Source of the DNA: Spirochaetota bacterium
Lineage (GTDB): Bacteria; Spirochaetota; Leptospiria; Turneriellales; CBDBES01
DNA length: 64,000 nt
Direction: 5' to 3'
Assembly (NCBI GenBank): GCA_965206985.1
Contig: CBDBLF010000011.1
Location: forward strand, 91,384 to 155,383
Shown: positions 1 through 9,864 of the stretch, piece by piece
Position numbering within the stretch: position 1 is the first letter of the stretch
How the letters are laid out: each line of letters begins with the position of its first letter
Position numbers and translations under genes: made by a program
Notes under the pieces: model-generated
The model's input: only the letters and a program-made list of their open reading frames with translations
The model's database searches: none
Told to the model about the DNA's origin: nothing

Positions 1-775
1 TTTGATATTCTGATAAATTAATTTCTTTATATTTAATTGTTTTATTCAATGATTCGGCATGAGCGTTTTCATACACATTACCACGACACATGGAAATATT
101 GATTCTACTTTCTTCTAATAGAGCGATATACTCATTTGAGCAATATCTGACGTCAGCATCAGTATGATGGTAGTAATTTTGTAAATCTCCTATTTCTCTT
201 TTAAGCGAAAGAAAGGCTGCTATGACCAGTTGGGTGTTATTTTTATCAGAAATGGCCGCTCCTACGATACGGCGACTCATAAGCCTCATGAGCAAAGCTA
301 AATAGTGGTCTTTCGAATTAATATCAAAATAGGTTATATCGCCAACAATTACCTTGAAGGGATCAGCTTGCACACTTTTAATCAAATTGGGATATTTTCT
401 GAAATTATGCTTAGATTGGGTAGTTTTTGGCTTCAAAAACACCTTTTTAGTGCATAAAAGTCTATTTTCTTTCATAATTCGGTAAACTCGCTTCTTATTT
501 ATTGTAAAGCCTCTATCTTTTAGAATTTGCGTCATCGAGATATAACCTACTTGGTTCAATTGATCACTAATTTCATGGATAGATTTTAGAATCGTTGAAT
601 CATCTTTCTTCTCCTTCGACTTATAATAATAAGTTGACTTTTCTAGTTTCATAACTCTGCAACTCCTTGTGATCCCAAATTCTGTGCTGAGGCTATTCTT
701 GATAATTTCTCTTTTTGCCTGTATTCTTGAAGAAGTTTTTCCGTTTTTTTTAAAATCTGATTTTCTATCATTAAG
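1..775 (-). CDS. IS3 transposase OrfB (DDE), partial, reached by -1 frameshift
   Basis: Manual translation is open from 775 to base 1: CRVMKLEKSTYYY, INKKRVYRIMKENRL, VGDITYF, SRRIVG, HHTDADVRY, ISMCRGNVYENAHAESLNKTIK. Confidence 0.85.
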
Positions 776-999
776 TCAGATAAGGCCGATTCTAAATAGG
801 AAATTTTTTTTCTCAATTCTAACTCAACCCCATTTTTATCTTCAAAGCCTTCGGAAACCAGCTGTCGCTTCCATCTCGATAAAGTTGCGACTGAAATCAT
901 CTCTCTCTTAGATATTTCTGCCGTGCTAGTCTGACCTGAAATCATCTCCAAAGCCAATCTCTCTTTTGCTTCCTTACTGTATCTTTGTCTTTTAATCAT
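649..999 (-). CDS. IS3 transposase OrfA (HTH)
   Basis: RYSKEAK...ALEM...STAEISKREMIS..TLSRWK HTH pattern; AGGAGG RBS upstream of ATG at 999. Confidence 0.85.
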   Translation of the reverse strand: MIKRQRYSKEAKERLALEMISGQTSTAEISKREMISVATLSRWKRQLVSEGFEDKNGVELELRKKISYLESALSDLMIENQILKKTEKLLQEYRQKEKLSRIASAQNLGSQGVAEL

Positions 1000-1055
1000 A
1001 GTTTTACCTCCTAAATTTAACACAATAAAGTGTCCAGTTTTAGGGGGTTAAACCA

Positions 1056-3041
1056 TCTCTTACCTTCACAACAGAAAACCATAATCGACCACAAACGGTT
1101 ACCATCACATACCCCGAAGATATATATGCAAACGGGAATTTTCTATGTACGTTGAAACATACACTCACAACAGACGACCCTGTTTATCAAAATGTCTCGG
1201 AAGTGAACTTTCCTGAAGTGGTTCTTACCCTGAGTGATAATGATACACTTAATTTTCAGCCAATTGATAATAACGGTGCTTCCATCTCCTCTATAACAGG
1301 AAGAGAAGGCGAGACAACATCTTTTCAAATTAAGCCTTCGGTTACTTTGCACTCAGGAAGCACAATCACACTTGATGTGACCCCCTTGAATACCGACCAT
1401 ATTCAACTTGCTGACTCAAGTCAGAATTATAGCACAAGCCCCGTTCGGCTAACCTTTACAGACAGCAACCCTGTCATCGTCAATGTTAAGTTCATCGACA
1501 ATTCGGTGCAGACGACAGCGGATCTTCTTGCGACTAAAATTGTGTATTCTGTGGTAACGGACGGTGCAGATGCTCCTGTGATTAACGGAAAATTGTTTTC
1601 TCCTAACGGCGGTTTTGCTGAAGCCGGTGGTACATTAGACATCATGATTATAGATAATATTGCTGACGCTGACCGTGACGGTCTGATTGAAGTATGGAAT
1701 GCCACAATGCTAGACAACATGCGATATGATTTGGCAGGCACAAGTTATAAAACCTCGGCAACAGATCCAGGTGATTCCTCTGGTTGCCCAGCAGGTGGTT
1801 GTAACGGCTACGAGCTTACGGCGAATATTGATCTTTTAGACTTGCTTGATGCGAACAGGAGCGGCGAAATTGACAAGACCACGGTGACTTTTGCGAGCAA
1901 AGACCATACGGTGATTGATGTAAACAAAGATACCAGCTGGTCTCCGGTAGGTGACAACTCAACCAATAGTAATGCAAGCCGGTTTACGGGCACTTTCGAG
2001 GGTAACGGCCGCACCATCGCTAACTTGTGGGTGAATATTTCTTCTTCAGGTGATGCCTATGCAGGTTTATTTGGTCAGACTGATGGCTCAGCCGAGATAC
2101 GCAATGTGGGGGTTATCTCTGGTGGCGTTTCTGCTTCTCCTTTTGCTTCTTATTCCGGTGGTCTGGTGGGGCGTTCTTTTTCTTCCTTGACGATCACGAA
2201 TAGCTACTTTTCTGGGAGTGGTGATGTTTCTTCTTCTGCCATTAATGATTCTACTACTACTGAATCTTATTCTGGTGGTCTGGTGGGGAGTGTTTCTTCT
2301 GCTGCTTCTTTGACGATCACAAATAGCTACTTTTCTGGGAGTGGTGGTGTTTCTGCTTCTTCTGCTTCTTCTGCTTCTTCTGCTTCTTTTTCTTATTCCG
2401 GTGGTCTGGTGGGGCGTTCTTTTTCTTCCTTGACGATCACGAATAGCTACTTTTCTGGGAGTGGTGGTGTTTCTGCTTCTGCTTCTGCTTCTGCTTCTTC
2501 TTCTTCTGGTTCTAATTCTTATTCCGGTGGTCTGGTGGGTCTGGGTAATTTTTCTTCTTCTTTGACGATCACGAACAGCTACTTTTCTGGGAGTGGTGGT
2601 GTTTCTGCTTCTTCTTCGATTTCTTATTCCGGTGGTCTGCTGGGGCGTTCTTTTTCTTCTTTGACGATTACGAATAGCTACTTTTCTGGGAGTGGTGGTG
2701 TTTCTGCTTCTTCTTCTGGTGCGCTTTCTTATTCCGGTGGTCTGGTGGGGGGTTCTTCTAATACTCCTGTGATCATGAATAGTTATTGGAACATCGACGC
2801 ACCTCAATCAGGCGACAAGCGAGCGCAGGGTGATGCTGAGGCCGACCCCATGGGTGCGGTGAGGCTTACGCTCAATCAACTCAAAGCAACCAGTGGCACC
2901 TATCCTAATTTATTAGACAACACGTGGGATCTAGGCACCACGACGCAACTACCCGCAGTCAAACGATGCATCCTTGATATGGCGGGAACGGGCTGTGCAT
3001 CACCAGCTACATATAGCGAGCTACTCGCTGGGCAACGGTAG
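1056..3041 (+). pseudogene. GLUG-repeat beta-helix surface protein copy 1, 5'-truncated by IS3 (no signal peptide in the window)
   Basis: 1056-~1670 nearly identical to 4120-~4734; 2709-2964 identical to 5824-6079; 5 LTITNSYFSGSGGVS rungs; starts abruptly at the IS3 end. Confidence 0.85.
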
Positions 3042-3098
3042 GTAAAAAATCATAAATCGCATTAGATGCAAAACGTTGAATGCTAAGAAAAAAAACAC

Positions 3099-3149
3099 CT
3101 AGATGTTTTGGTTAATAATGCAGGTTATGGTTTGTATGGGTCAGTCATT
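3099..3149 (+). pseudogene. Relic of a short-chain dehydrogenase gene
   Basis: Translates LDVLVNNAGYGLYGSVI (SDR NNAG motif) with no surrounding ORF. Confidence 0.55.
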
Positions 3150-3327
3150 CTTTTCATGATATAATAACTTCTTTAAATTTGTTGTATAGGCTAGAATGAG
3201 AAGAAATAACCTCATAACAACCATATTTCCCACACAGCCTCTTTTAGAGAATGAATTTTCCATTTGGTTTTAGTATTCGACTAACCTTTCATTATACCAT
3301 TCAAAAAACTCATTAGATTTTTTCTTA

Positions 3328-3340
3328 TTTTTTTTTTTTT
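3328..3340 (+). repeat. Poly-T13 tract upstream of GLUG gene 2
   Basis: 13 consecutive T about 100 bp before the start codon at 3439. Confidence 0.9.
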
Positions 3341-3438
3341 CTCTGTTAATTCTTTTTTTCTCCGTTAATTCTATATATTGTTAGTTAAGTAAGTGCAAGG
3401 TAAGAACAGATAAGCTAGCCCATATAAAGAGTTTTATT

Positions 3439-6165
3439 GTGTGTGAAAAAAGAAGACGATTCATCTCTATTGTAATTTTTATAGTTAGGGGAATTTTGGT
3501 CTTAGCGATTTTTGGTTTTTCATTTCGGTGCGATGATCCGTTGGGCTTTCTTCTCGACGACACCAGTATGCGGGCGAGCGTAGACAAGCTTCTTGTTTAC
3601 GAGGGAAAATTGGCTTCCATTGGCTTTCGTCTTAACTCAAGTTTGTTTTCTGATGGAAAGTCAGCAACGCTTACCGCCAATTTAAGATGTAAAGGTCTGA
3701 GTAAGTCTGCACAAGCATCTCGCGTCACGATGGACAAAAACACGATTACGTGGACAAATTCTGACTGGGCAGCATGGAAAACATTTGTCTTCGATGCTCC
3801 TGATAATGAGAGGCAAGAGCCCTCTACAAATTGTGAACTCGTATTAGACCCCCTTGAGTCAAATGACGCTGGTTTTCATGGATTTAACAAGATTAAACCA
3901 ATTCCTGTTATTGTTCTCGACAATGACGGTGACGCAAATATTAAAGTGAGCTCTCGTAGTCTTGTGCTTCCCGAGGGCAGAAGTGTAAGTTATACGATTC
4001 GCTTAACAAATCGGCCTCATAATCAAGTGGAGGTGAACATTCTTCATAAAAATAACTTCCCTGAGTGGTTTTTGGTTTCCTCAAAACCAACCATTACAGT
4101 AGGAGGTGCCTATGTTAGCTCTCTTACCTTCACAACAGAAAATCATAATCGACCACAGACGGTTACCATCACATACCCCGAAGATATATATGCAAACGGG
4201 AATTTTCTATGTACGTTGAAACATACACTCACAACAGACGACCCTGTTTATCAAAATGTCTCGGAAGTGAACTTTCCTGAAGTGGTTCTTACCCTGAGTG
4301 ATAATGATACACTTAATTTTCAGCCAATTGATAATAACGGTGCTTCCATCTCCTCTTTAACAGGAAGAGAAGGCGAGACAACATCTTTTCAAATCAAGCC
4401 TCCGGTTACTTTGCACTCAGGAAGCACAATCACACTTGATGTGACCCCCATGAGCCCCGACCGTATTCAACTTGCTGACTCAAGTCAGAATTATAGCACA
4501 AGCCCCGTTCGGCTAACCTTTACGGACAGCAACCCTGTCATCGTCAATGTTAAGTTCATCGACGATTTGGTGGAGACGACGGCAGATCTTCTTGCGACTA
4601 AAATTGTGTATTCTGTGGTAACGGACGGTGCAGATGCTCCTGTGATTAACGGAAAATTGTTTTCTCCTAACGGCGGTTTTGCTGAAGCCGGTGGTACATT
4701 AGACATCATGATTATAGATAATATTGCTGACGATGACCGTGACGGTCTGATTGACATCTCCACTGCTACAATGCTAGACAACATGCGATATGATTTGGCG
4801 GGCACGAGTTATAAAACCTCGGCAACAGATCCAGGTGATTCCTCTGGTTGCCCAGCAGGTGGTTGTAACGGCTACGAGCTTACGGCAAATATTGATCTTT
4901 TAAACCTGCTTGATACGAATGGTAACGGCCAAATTGACAAGACCACGGTGACTGTTGCGGATGTTATGCATAGGGTGATTGATGTAAGCTCAGGCCAAGA
5001 TGAAAGTTGGGTTCCGGTGGGTAATAATGCAAACCGGTTTACGGGCACTTTCGAGGGTAACGGTCGCACCATCGCTAACTTGTGGGTGAATATTTCTCCT
5101 TCAGGTGATCACCATGCAGGTTTATTTGGTGTAACAGGTGACTCAGTTGCAATTCGTAATGTGGGTGTTGTCTCTGGTGGTGTTTCTGCTTCTGCTACGT
5201 TTTCTTATTCCGGTGGTCTGGTGGGTCTCTCTTCTTCTTCTTTGACGATCACAAATAGCTACTTTTCTGGGAATGGTGGTGTTTCTTCTTCTTCTCTTAC
5301 TGATGATTCTTATTCCGGTGGTCTGGTGGGGCGTTCTTTTTTTCCTTTGACGATCACGAATAGCTACTTTTCTGGGAGTGGTGGTGTTTCTGCTTCTGCT
5401 GGTTCGCTTTCTTATTCCGGTGGTCTGGTGGGTCAATCTACTAATTCTTTGACGATCACGAATAGCTACTTTTCTGGGAGTGGTGGTGTTTCTGCTTCTG
5501 CTTCTTCGCTTTCTTATTCCGGTGGTCTGGTGGGTTCTTCTTTTTTTTCTTTGACGATCACGAATAGCTACTTTTCTGGGAGTGGTGGTGTATTTTCTTC
5601 TGCTTCTGGTTCTTTTTCTTCTTCCGGTGGTCTGGTGGGACGTTCTTCTTCTTCTTTGACGATCACAAATAGCTACTTCTCTGGGAGTGGTGGTGTTTCC
5701 TCTTCTGCTTCTGCTTCTTCTGATCTTGTTTCTAGTTCTTATTCCGGTGGTCTGGTGGGTCTCTCTTCTTCTTCTTTGACGATCACAAATAGCTACTTTT
5801 CTGGGAGTGGTGGTGTTTCCTCTTCTTCTTCTGGTGCGCTTTCTTATTCCGGTGGTCTGGTGGGGGGTTCTTCTAATACTCCTGTGATCATGAATAGTTA
5901 TTGGAACATCGACGCACCTCAATCAGGCGACAAGCGAGCGCAGGGTGATGCTGAGGCCGACCCCATGGGTGCGGTGAGGCTTACGCTCAATCAACTCAAA
6001 GCAACCAGTGGCACCTATCCTAATTTATTAGACAACACGTGGGATCTAGGCACCACGACGCAACTACCCGCAGTCAAACAATGCACCCTTAATACCGCAA
6101 TGACGGGCTGTGCATCACCAGCTACGTATAGCGAGCTACTCGCTGGGCAACGTGTTAGCAATTGA
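3439..6165 (+). CDS. GLUG-repeat beta-helix surface lipoprotein copy 2 (Ig/Calx-beta-like N-terminal domains, 6 rungs)
   Basis: Basic N-region, hydrophobic stretch and FSFRC lipobox; Ig-like segments; DxDxDG motifs; GGLVG / ITNSY.SG.V GLUG repeats; C-terminal Cys pair. Confidence 0.85.
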   Translation: MCEKRRRFISIVIFIVRGILVLAIFGFSFRCDDPLGFLLDDTSMRASVDKLLVYEGKLASIGFRLNSSLFSDGKSATLTANLRCKGLSKSAQASRVTMDKNTITWTNSDWAAWKTFVFDAPDNERQEPSTNCELVLDPLESNDAGFHGFNKIKPIPVIVLDNDGDANIKVSSRSLVLPEGRSVSYTIRLTNRPHNQVEVNILHKNNFPEWFLVSSKPTITVGGAYVSSLTFTTENHNRPQTVTITYPEDIYANGNFLCTLKHTLTTDDPVYQNVSEVNFPEVVLTLSDNDTLNFQPIDNNGASISSLTGREGETTSFQIKPPVTLHSGSTITLDVTPMSPDRIQLADSSQNYSTSPVRLTFTDSNPVIVNVKFIDDLVETTADLLATKIVYSVVTDGADAPVINGKLFSPNGGFAEAGGTLDIMIIDNIADDDRDGLIDISTATMLDNMRYDLAGTSYKTSATDPGDSSGCPAGGCNGYELTANIDLLNLLDTNGNGQIDKTTVTVADVMHRVIDVSSGQDESWVPVGNNANRFTGTFEGNGRTIANLWVNISPSGDHHAGLFGVTGDSVAIRNVGVVSGGVSASATFSYSGGLVGLSSSSLTITNSYFSGNGGVSSSSLTDDSYSGGLVGRSFFPLTITNSYFSGSGGVSASAGSLSYSGGLVGQSTNSLTITNSYFSGSGGVSASASSLSYSGGLVGSSFFSLTITNSYFSGSGGVFSSASGSFSSSGGLVGRSSSSLTITNSYFSGSGGVSSSASASSDLVSSSYSGGLVGLSSSSLTITNSYFSGSGGVSSSSSGALSYSGGLVGGSSNTPVIMNSYWNIDAPQSGDKRAQGDAEADPMGAVRLTLNQLKATSGTYPNLLDNTWDLGTTTQLPAVKQCTLNTAMTGCASPATYSELLAGQRVSN

Positions 6166-6175
6166 TCAGAAAGTA

Positions 6176-6309
6176 TTTTGTCTTTACTATTTCTCATTAT
6201 TTCCGAACACCTGTTTAAACAAGTACACTGGGGGTGGTGGATCATGAGAAACTTCCATGTTGTTTGATCGTCTAAATATTGGACTTTTGATGCACCTTTT
6301 TCAGAAAAA
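6176..6309 (-). mobile_element. Diverged 5' remnant of the IS481-like element
   Basis: Reverse complement aligns to about 14675-14806 (AAAAAGGTGCATCAAAAG, TAAACAGGT.TTCGG, GAAATAGTAAAGACAAAA); translates MRNSKDK. Confidence 0.75.
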
Positions 6310-6702
6310 TACCTTCAATTTTTTATGGTATTTTAAAGATTATCTAAGTTTTAGTAAATATAATTATGTCTTATTCTATTATGCGTCACAGTGGGTTGGA
6401 GCTTCCGTATGATTCGTCGTCTTGAATCATTTGAATTAACTCCTGATTTTAACGCTGATGTTTGGACTCGCTCAGTTTATGAAGTGTGAAATAAGTAATT
6501 CACAAATCATGTGGAGTTTAGAAAATACCTACCGAAACGATGACTACTACTCTCAGCGTAAGGGAGACATTGGACGGAATGTTATTGTTATCTACAATAA
6601 AAACTAAACTTAGAGTGATTTACAAAGCAGTAAAGAAATTTTTTGAAGATTTTGCCTCAGGCTTTGAATATATCATAAAAGAGCAAAACGGTATTCAGAA
6701 AG

Positions 6703-7806
6703 ATGGGCAGTAGTTTAGGTAGAATTTTTCGAGTAACTACTTTTGGTGAATCCCATGGAGAAGGACTTGGTTGTGTTATCGAAAATTGTCCCGCAGGAGT
6801 AGTGCTTTCCACAGCAGAAATTCAATATGAACTCAATCGAAGAAAACCGGGGCAAAGCAAGGTGACCACTCCCCGTAAAGAAAGTGACGAAGTAAATATT
6901 GTATCAGGTATCTTTGAAGGAAGAACAATTGGCAGTCCAATTATGATGCTTGTTTATAATAAAAATGTACATTCGAAAGACTATGAAGACTTCAAAGATA
7001 CTTTTCGTCCTTCCCATGCTGATTATACCTACCAGATGAAATATGGATATCGTAGTTTTTTGGGGGGTGGGCGCGCCTCGGCGAGAACAACCATCGGAGT
7101 TGTGGCAGCGGGTGCTTTAGCGAAGAAAATACTAAAAGAAAAAGCAAAAATTGATTTATGTGGCTACGTTTCTCAAGTTGAGAATGAGAGTTTAAGTCAA
7201 GATTTTGCACTCCCTTCTTCGTTAGAACTTTTGAAAAAAGAAATTGAAAAAAACCCTATACGCTGTCCTGACCAATTTTTGGCAAAAAAAATAGAGACCC
7301 GCATCCAAAAGATCCGTCAAGAAGGTGATTCACTAGGAGGTATCATTGAGCTTATTATTGAAAACGTGCCCGCAGGATTGGGAGATCCTACTTTTGATCG
7401 TCTTGATGCTCTTTTAGCCCACGTTATGTTGTCCATACCAGCAACAAAAGGAGTTGATATTGGCAGTGGATTTCAAGGAGTTTCGATGAAAGGCTCCGAA
7501 CACAACGATATTTTTTTTAATGATGCTGGTACGATAAAAACAAAAACTAACTTTTCAGGTGGCATTCAAGGAGGCATTAGCAACGGAGAGCCGATTCGAT
7601 TACGTATTGCTTTTAAACCAACAGCTACGGTCTCAAAAGAGCAAAAGACAGTAAAACAAGATGGAAGCGACACTCTTCTAAAAGTAAAAGGGCGACATGA
7701 CCCTTGTGTTTTGCCAAGAGCGGTTCCTATTGTGGAAGCTTTGGCCGCTCTCACCTTGGCTGACCAATATCTATTATCTCAGCTTTCTGATTATAGCAAA
7801 CTCTAA
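6703..7806 (+). CDS. aroC: Chorismate synthase
   Basis: TTFGESHG, RPSHAD, GGRASAR, GGISNGEPI, GRHDPCV motifs. Confidence 0.97.
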   Translation: MGSSLGRIFRVTTFGESHGEGLGCVIENCPAGVVLSTAEIQYELNRRKPGQSKVTTPRKESDEVNIVSGIFEGRTIGSPIMMLVYNKNVHSKDYEDFKDTFRPSHADYTYQMKYGYRSFLGGGRASARTTIGVVAAGALAKKILKEKAKIDLCGYVSQVENESLSQDFALPSSLELLKKEIEKNPIRCPDQFLAKKIETRIQKIRQEGDSLGGIIELIIENVPAGLGDPTFDRLDALLAHVMLSIPATKGVDIGSGFQGVSMKGSEHNDIFFNDAGTIKTKTNFSGGIQGGISNGEPIRLRIAFKPTATVSKEQKTVKQDGSDTLLKVKGRHDPCVLPRAVPIVEALAALTLADQYLLSQLSDYSKL

Positions 7807-7888
7807 AAGAAATTATTTTCGTTGAATTATACTTTTCAGATACAATGAACTGAAATAAAAAATTGACTGGTTACGTCATTTTGACCGA

Positions 7889-9472
7889 ATGTCCTCTGTT
7901 AGTCTTTATTCTTTTTGTATGTACCCGCTCTCTATTTTTATTTTTGCTCTCTACACTGTTGATGTCTTGATGATGCTTTATTTTGGTGTGCACTGCTATA
8001 TTATGCTATATTTGTATCTTAAAAATGGTAATAGATGCCACTCTGCGGGGATAGGGCTGGAATTGGAAGACACTAAAAAAATGAACGAATACCCGCATAT
8101 TACTGTCCAATTGCCAATTTTTAATGAATACTATGTGACGGGTCGCCTTATCGACGCTGTTGCTTTACTTGATTACCCCAAAGATAAACTGGAGATACAA
8201 GTTTTAGACGATTCCACCGACGAGTGTAAAGGTTTAGCCATAAGAAAGGTAAACCATTACCAGAAACTAGGTTTTGATATTCAACACATTCACAGAACTA
8301 ACAGAGAAGGGCATAAAGCAGGAGCCCTCAAGATGGGACTAGTAAAAGCTAAAGGCGAATTCATTGCTATTTTTGATGCCGATTTTGTTCCCACTTCTGA
8401 CTTCTTACAGAAAACGGTTCCGTTCTTCTACACTGATAGAAAAATTGGCATGGTGCAGGCTCGTTGGGGGCATGTGAACGACAATTATTCGCCTCTGACA
8501 AAAGCTCAAAGCATCGGGGTTGATGGACATTTCATGATTGAGCAAGTAGCCCGCAATGCTTCTGACCTGTGGATGAATTTTAATGGAACTGCTGGCATAT
8601 GGCGTAGAGAGTGTATTATTGATGCCGGCAATTGGCACTATGATACCTTAACTGAAGACTTTGATCTTTCATACCGAGCTGAACTAAAAGGTTGGAAGTT
8701 CAAATATTTGAGTGATGTTCTTTGTCCTGCAGAGCTTCCAGCTACTGTTACTGCTTTTAAATCTCAACAATTTCGCTGGTGTAAAGGTTCCATCCAAACA
8801 GCTGTCAAACTCATTCCCAGAATTTTGAAGTCAAAAGAATCATTGAAAGTGAAAATGGAAGCACTCACACACTTGCTCAATTATTCAGTACACCCACTTA
8901 TTTACTTAAATATTTTATTGACGATGCCTCTGATGTATGTGCAAGAGATGGTTCTTCAAGTTCCACTGCATTTCATACTTCCAATCATGTTGTTTTTAGG
9001 CTTTGCGACAATGGGTCCGTTTGTATTTTACGCAGTTGCACAAAGAAGTTTATATCCCGTCGACTGGAAAAAAAGATTGCGCTTCTTGCCCGTTCTTTCT
9101 ATGATCGGTTCGGGTATATCTCTGAGTAACACCAGGGCTTGGCTAGAGGGTGTTCTTGGTAAACAATCTTCTTTCGTACGAACGCCTAAGCTTGGGATTA
9201 CCTCCAGTGAGACAATTCAAACAGTAAAGAAGAAAAGCCGTTATAATCATTCTAAAATTGACCTTATAATAATTTTGGAGTTTTGTACTCTGGTTTATAT
9301 TATCGGAACAATCTGTTATGCAATTTCCCAAGAAAAATGGTTTTTCATCCCCTACTTGTTGATTTACCTGTCTGGGTTTCTCTATATTAATTTCTTGAGT
9401 TTTTCTGATTATTTTAAAATAATGTTTGGATCAAGTCAAGATAAAAAAGAGTTTGAGCAAAGTTCTGCATGA
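7889..9472 (+). CDS. Processive GT2 glycosyltransferase (cellulose synthase/CslA-like)
   Basis: VQLPIFNE, DDSTD, KAG, IFDADF, TEDFDL, QQFRW (QxxRW) motifs and TM helices. Confidence 0.9.
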   Translation: MSSVSLYSFCMYPLSIFIFALYTVDVLMMLYFGVHCYIMLYLYLKNGNRCHSAGIGLELEDTKKMNEYPHITVQLPIFNEYYVTGRLIDAVALLDYPKDKLEIQVLDDSTDECKGLAIRKVNHYQKLGFDIQHIHRTNREGHKAGALKMGLVKAKGEFIAIFDADFVPTSDFLQKTVPFFYTDRKIGMVQARWGHVNDNYSPLTKAQSIGVDGHFMIEQVARNASDLWMNFNGTAGIWRRECIIDAGNWHYDTLTEDFDLSYRAELKGWKFKYLSDVLCPAELPATVTAFKSQQFRWCKGSIQTAVKLIPRILKSKESLKVKMEALTHLLNYSVHPLIYLNILLTMPLMYVQEMVLQVPLHFILPIMLFLGFATMGPFVFYAVAQRSLYPVDWKKRLRFLPVLSMIGSGISLSNTRAWLEGVLGKQSSFVRTPKLGITSSETIQTVKKKSRYNHSKIDLIIILEFCTLVYIIGTICYAISQEKWFFIPYLLIYLSGFLYINFLSFSDYFKIMFGSSQDKKEFEQSSA

Positions 9473-9864
9473 ATCCAGTAGCCTTATTAGACAAGCATCA
9501 TCTGAAGGTCGTTAATCGACGCCAGAACTTTTCGCTTGGTGATAAGGTGTGTGTTTATTATAAAATAAAAGAAGGCAACAAAGAACGCATCCAGAAATAT
9601 GAGGGTACTGTCATTGCCATCAAAAATAAAGGTGCAGGAAAAAGCTTCACTGTCTATAGAGTCAGTTACGATGTTGGTGTTACAAGAGTTTTTCCTCTCT
9701 ATGCACCCACAGTCGAAAAAATAGAAATACTAAGAAGTAGTAAGGTACGGCGGGGAAAACTTTATTACCTAAAAGGAAAAACAGGAAAGCAGGCGCGTCT
9801 AAAAGAAATTAAGCGGGAACCAAAAATCGACCTGATTTATGAAGCCTCCCAAAAAATAAAGTAG
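9469..9864 (+). CDS. rplS: 50S ribosomal protein L19
   Basis: GDKV.V..KIKEG.KERIQ.YEG.VIA, SFTV.R.SY.VGV.R.FP, KVRR.KLYYL. Confidence 0.96.
   Translation: MNPVALLDKHHLKVVNRRQNFSLGDKVCVYYKIKEGNKERIQKYEGTVIAIKNKGAGKSFTVYRVSYDVGVTRVFPLYAPTVEKIEILRSSKVRRGKLYYLKGKTGKQARLKEIKREPKIDLIYEASQKIK

Larger units (their letters stand above)
1..1055 (-). mobile_element. IS3-family insertion sequence (left part; runs off window start)
   Basis: IS3-type terminal repeat TGGTTTAACCCCCTAAAAACTGGACAC on the minus strand from 1055; orfA and orfB overlap in the -1 frame with an A8 slippery run at 744-751; inserted into a GLUG lipoprotein gene (1056 aligns to 4120). Confidence 0.9.

Noticed and set aside
2130-2760. 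Constant/variable alternation in the GLUG arrays resembles a CRISPR array
   Set aside because: The units are in-frame coding, the variable parts are low-complexity and related to each other, the repeats are not palindromic, and there are no cas genes in the window.
2088-2807. Long Arg-rich antisense ORFs over each GLUG array (also 5143-5922, 52139-52804, 54267-55016)
   Set aside because: They are the codon-aligned reverse frame of TCT-rich repeats (TCT reads as AGA). Stops are absent because the sense repeats avoid TCA/TTA/CTA, and I saw no independent RBS or protein signature.
5185-5880. Diversity-generating retroelement as the source of loop variation (many loop codons are NNT)
   Set aside because: There is no reverse transcriptase or adenine-rich template repeat in the window, variation includes length changes, and TCT dominates. 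A trans-acting DGR elsewhere cannot be excluded without a genome search.
6330-6700. Intergenic stretch before aroC that looks like degraded coding DNA
   Set aside because: No frame gave a recognisable motif, so it could not be assigned without a translated search.
9862-9864. Genome-wide TAG recoding as an explanation for the rplS-rnhB junction
   Set aside because: Other genes end normally at TAG (for example 18999 and mreB), so there is no support for an alternative code.
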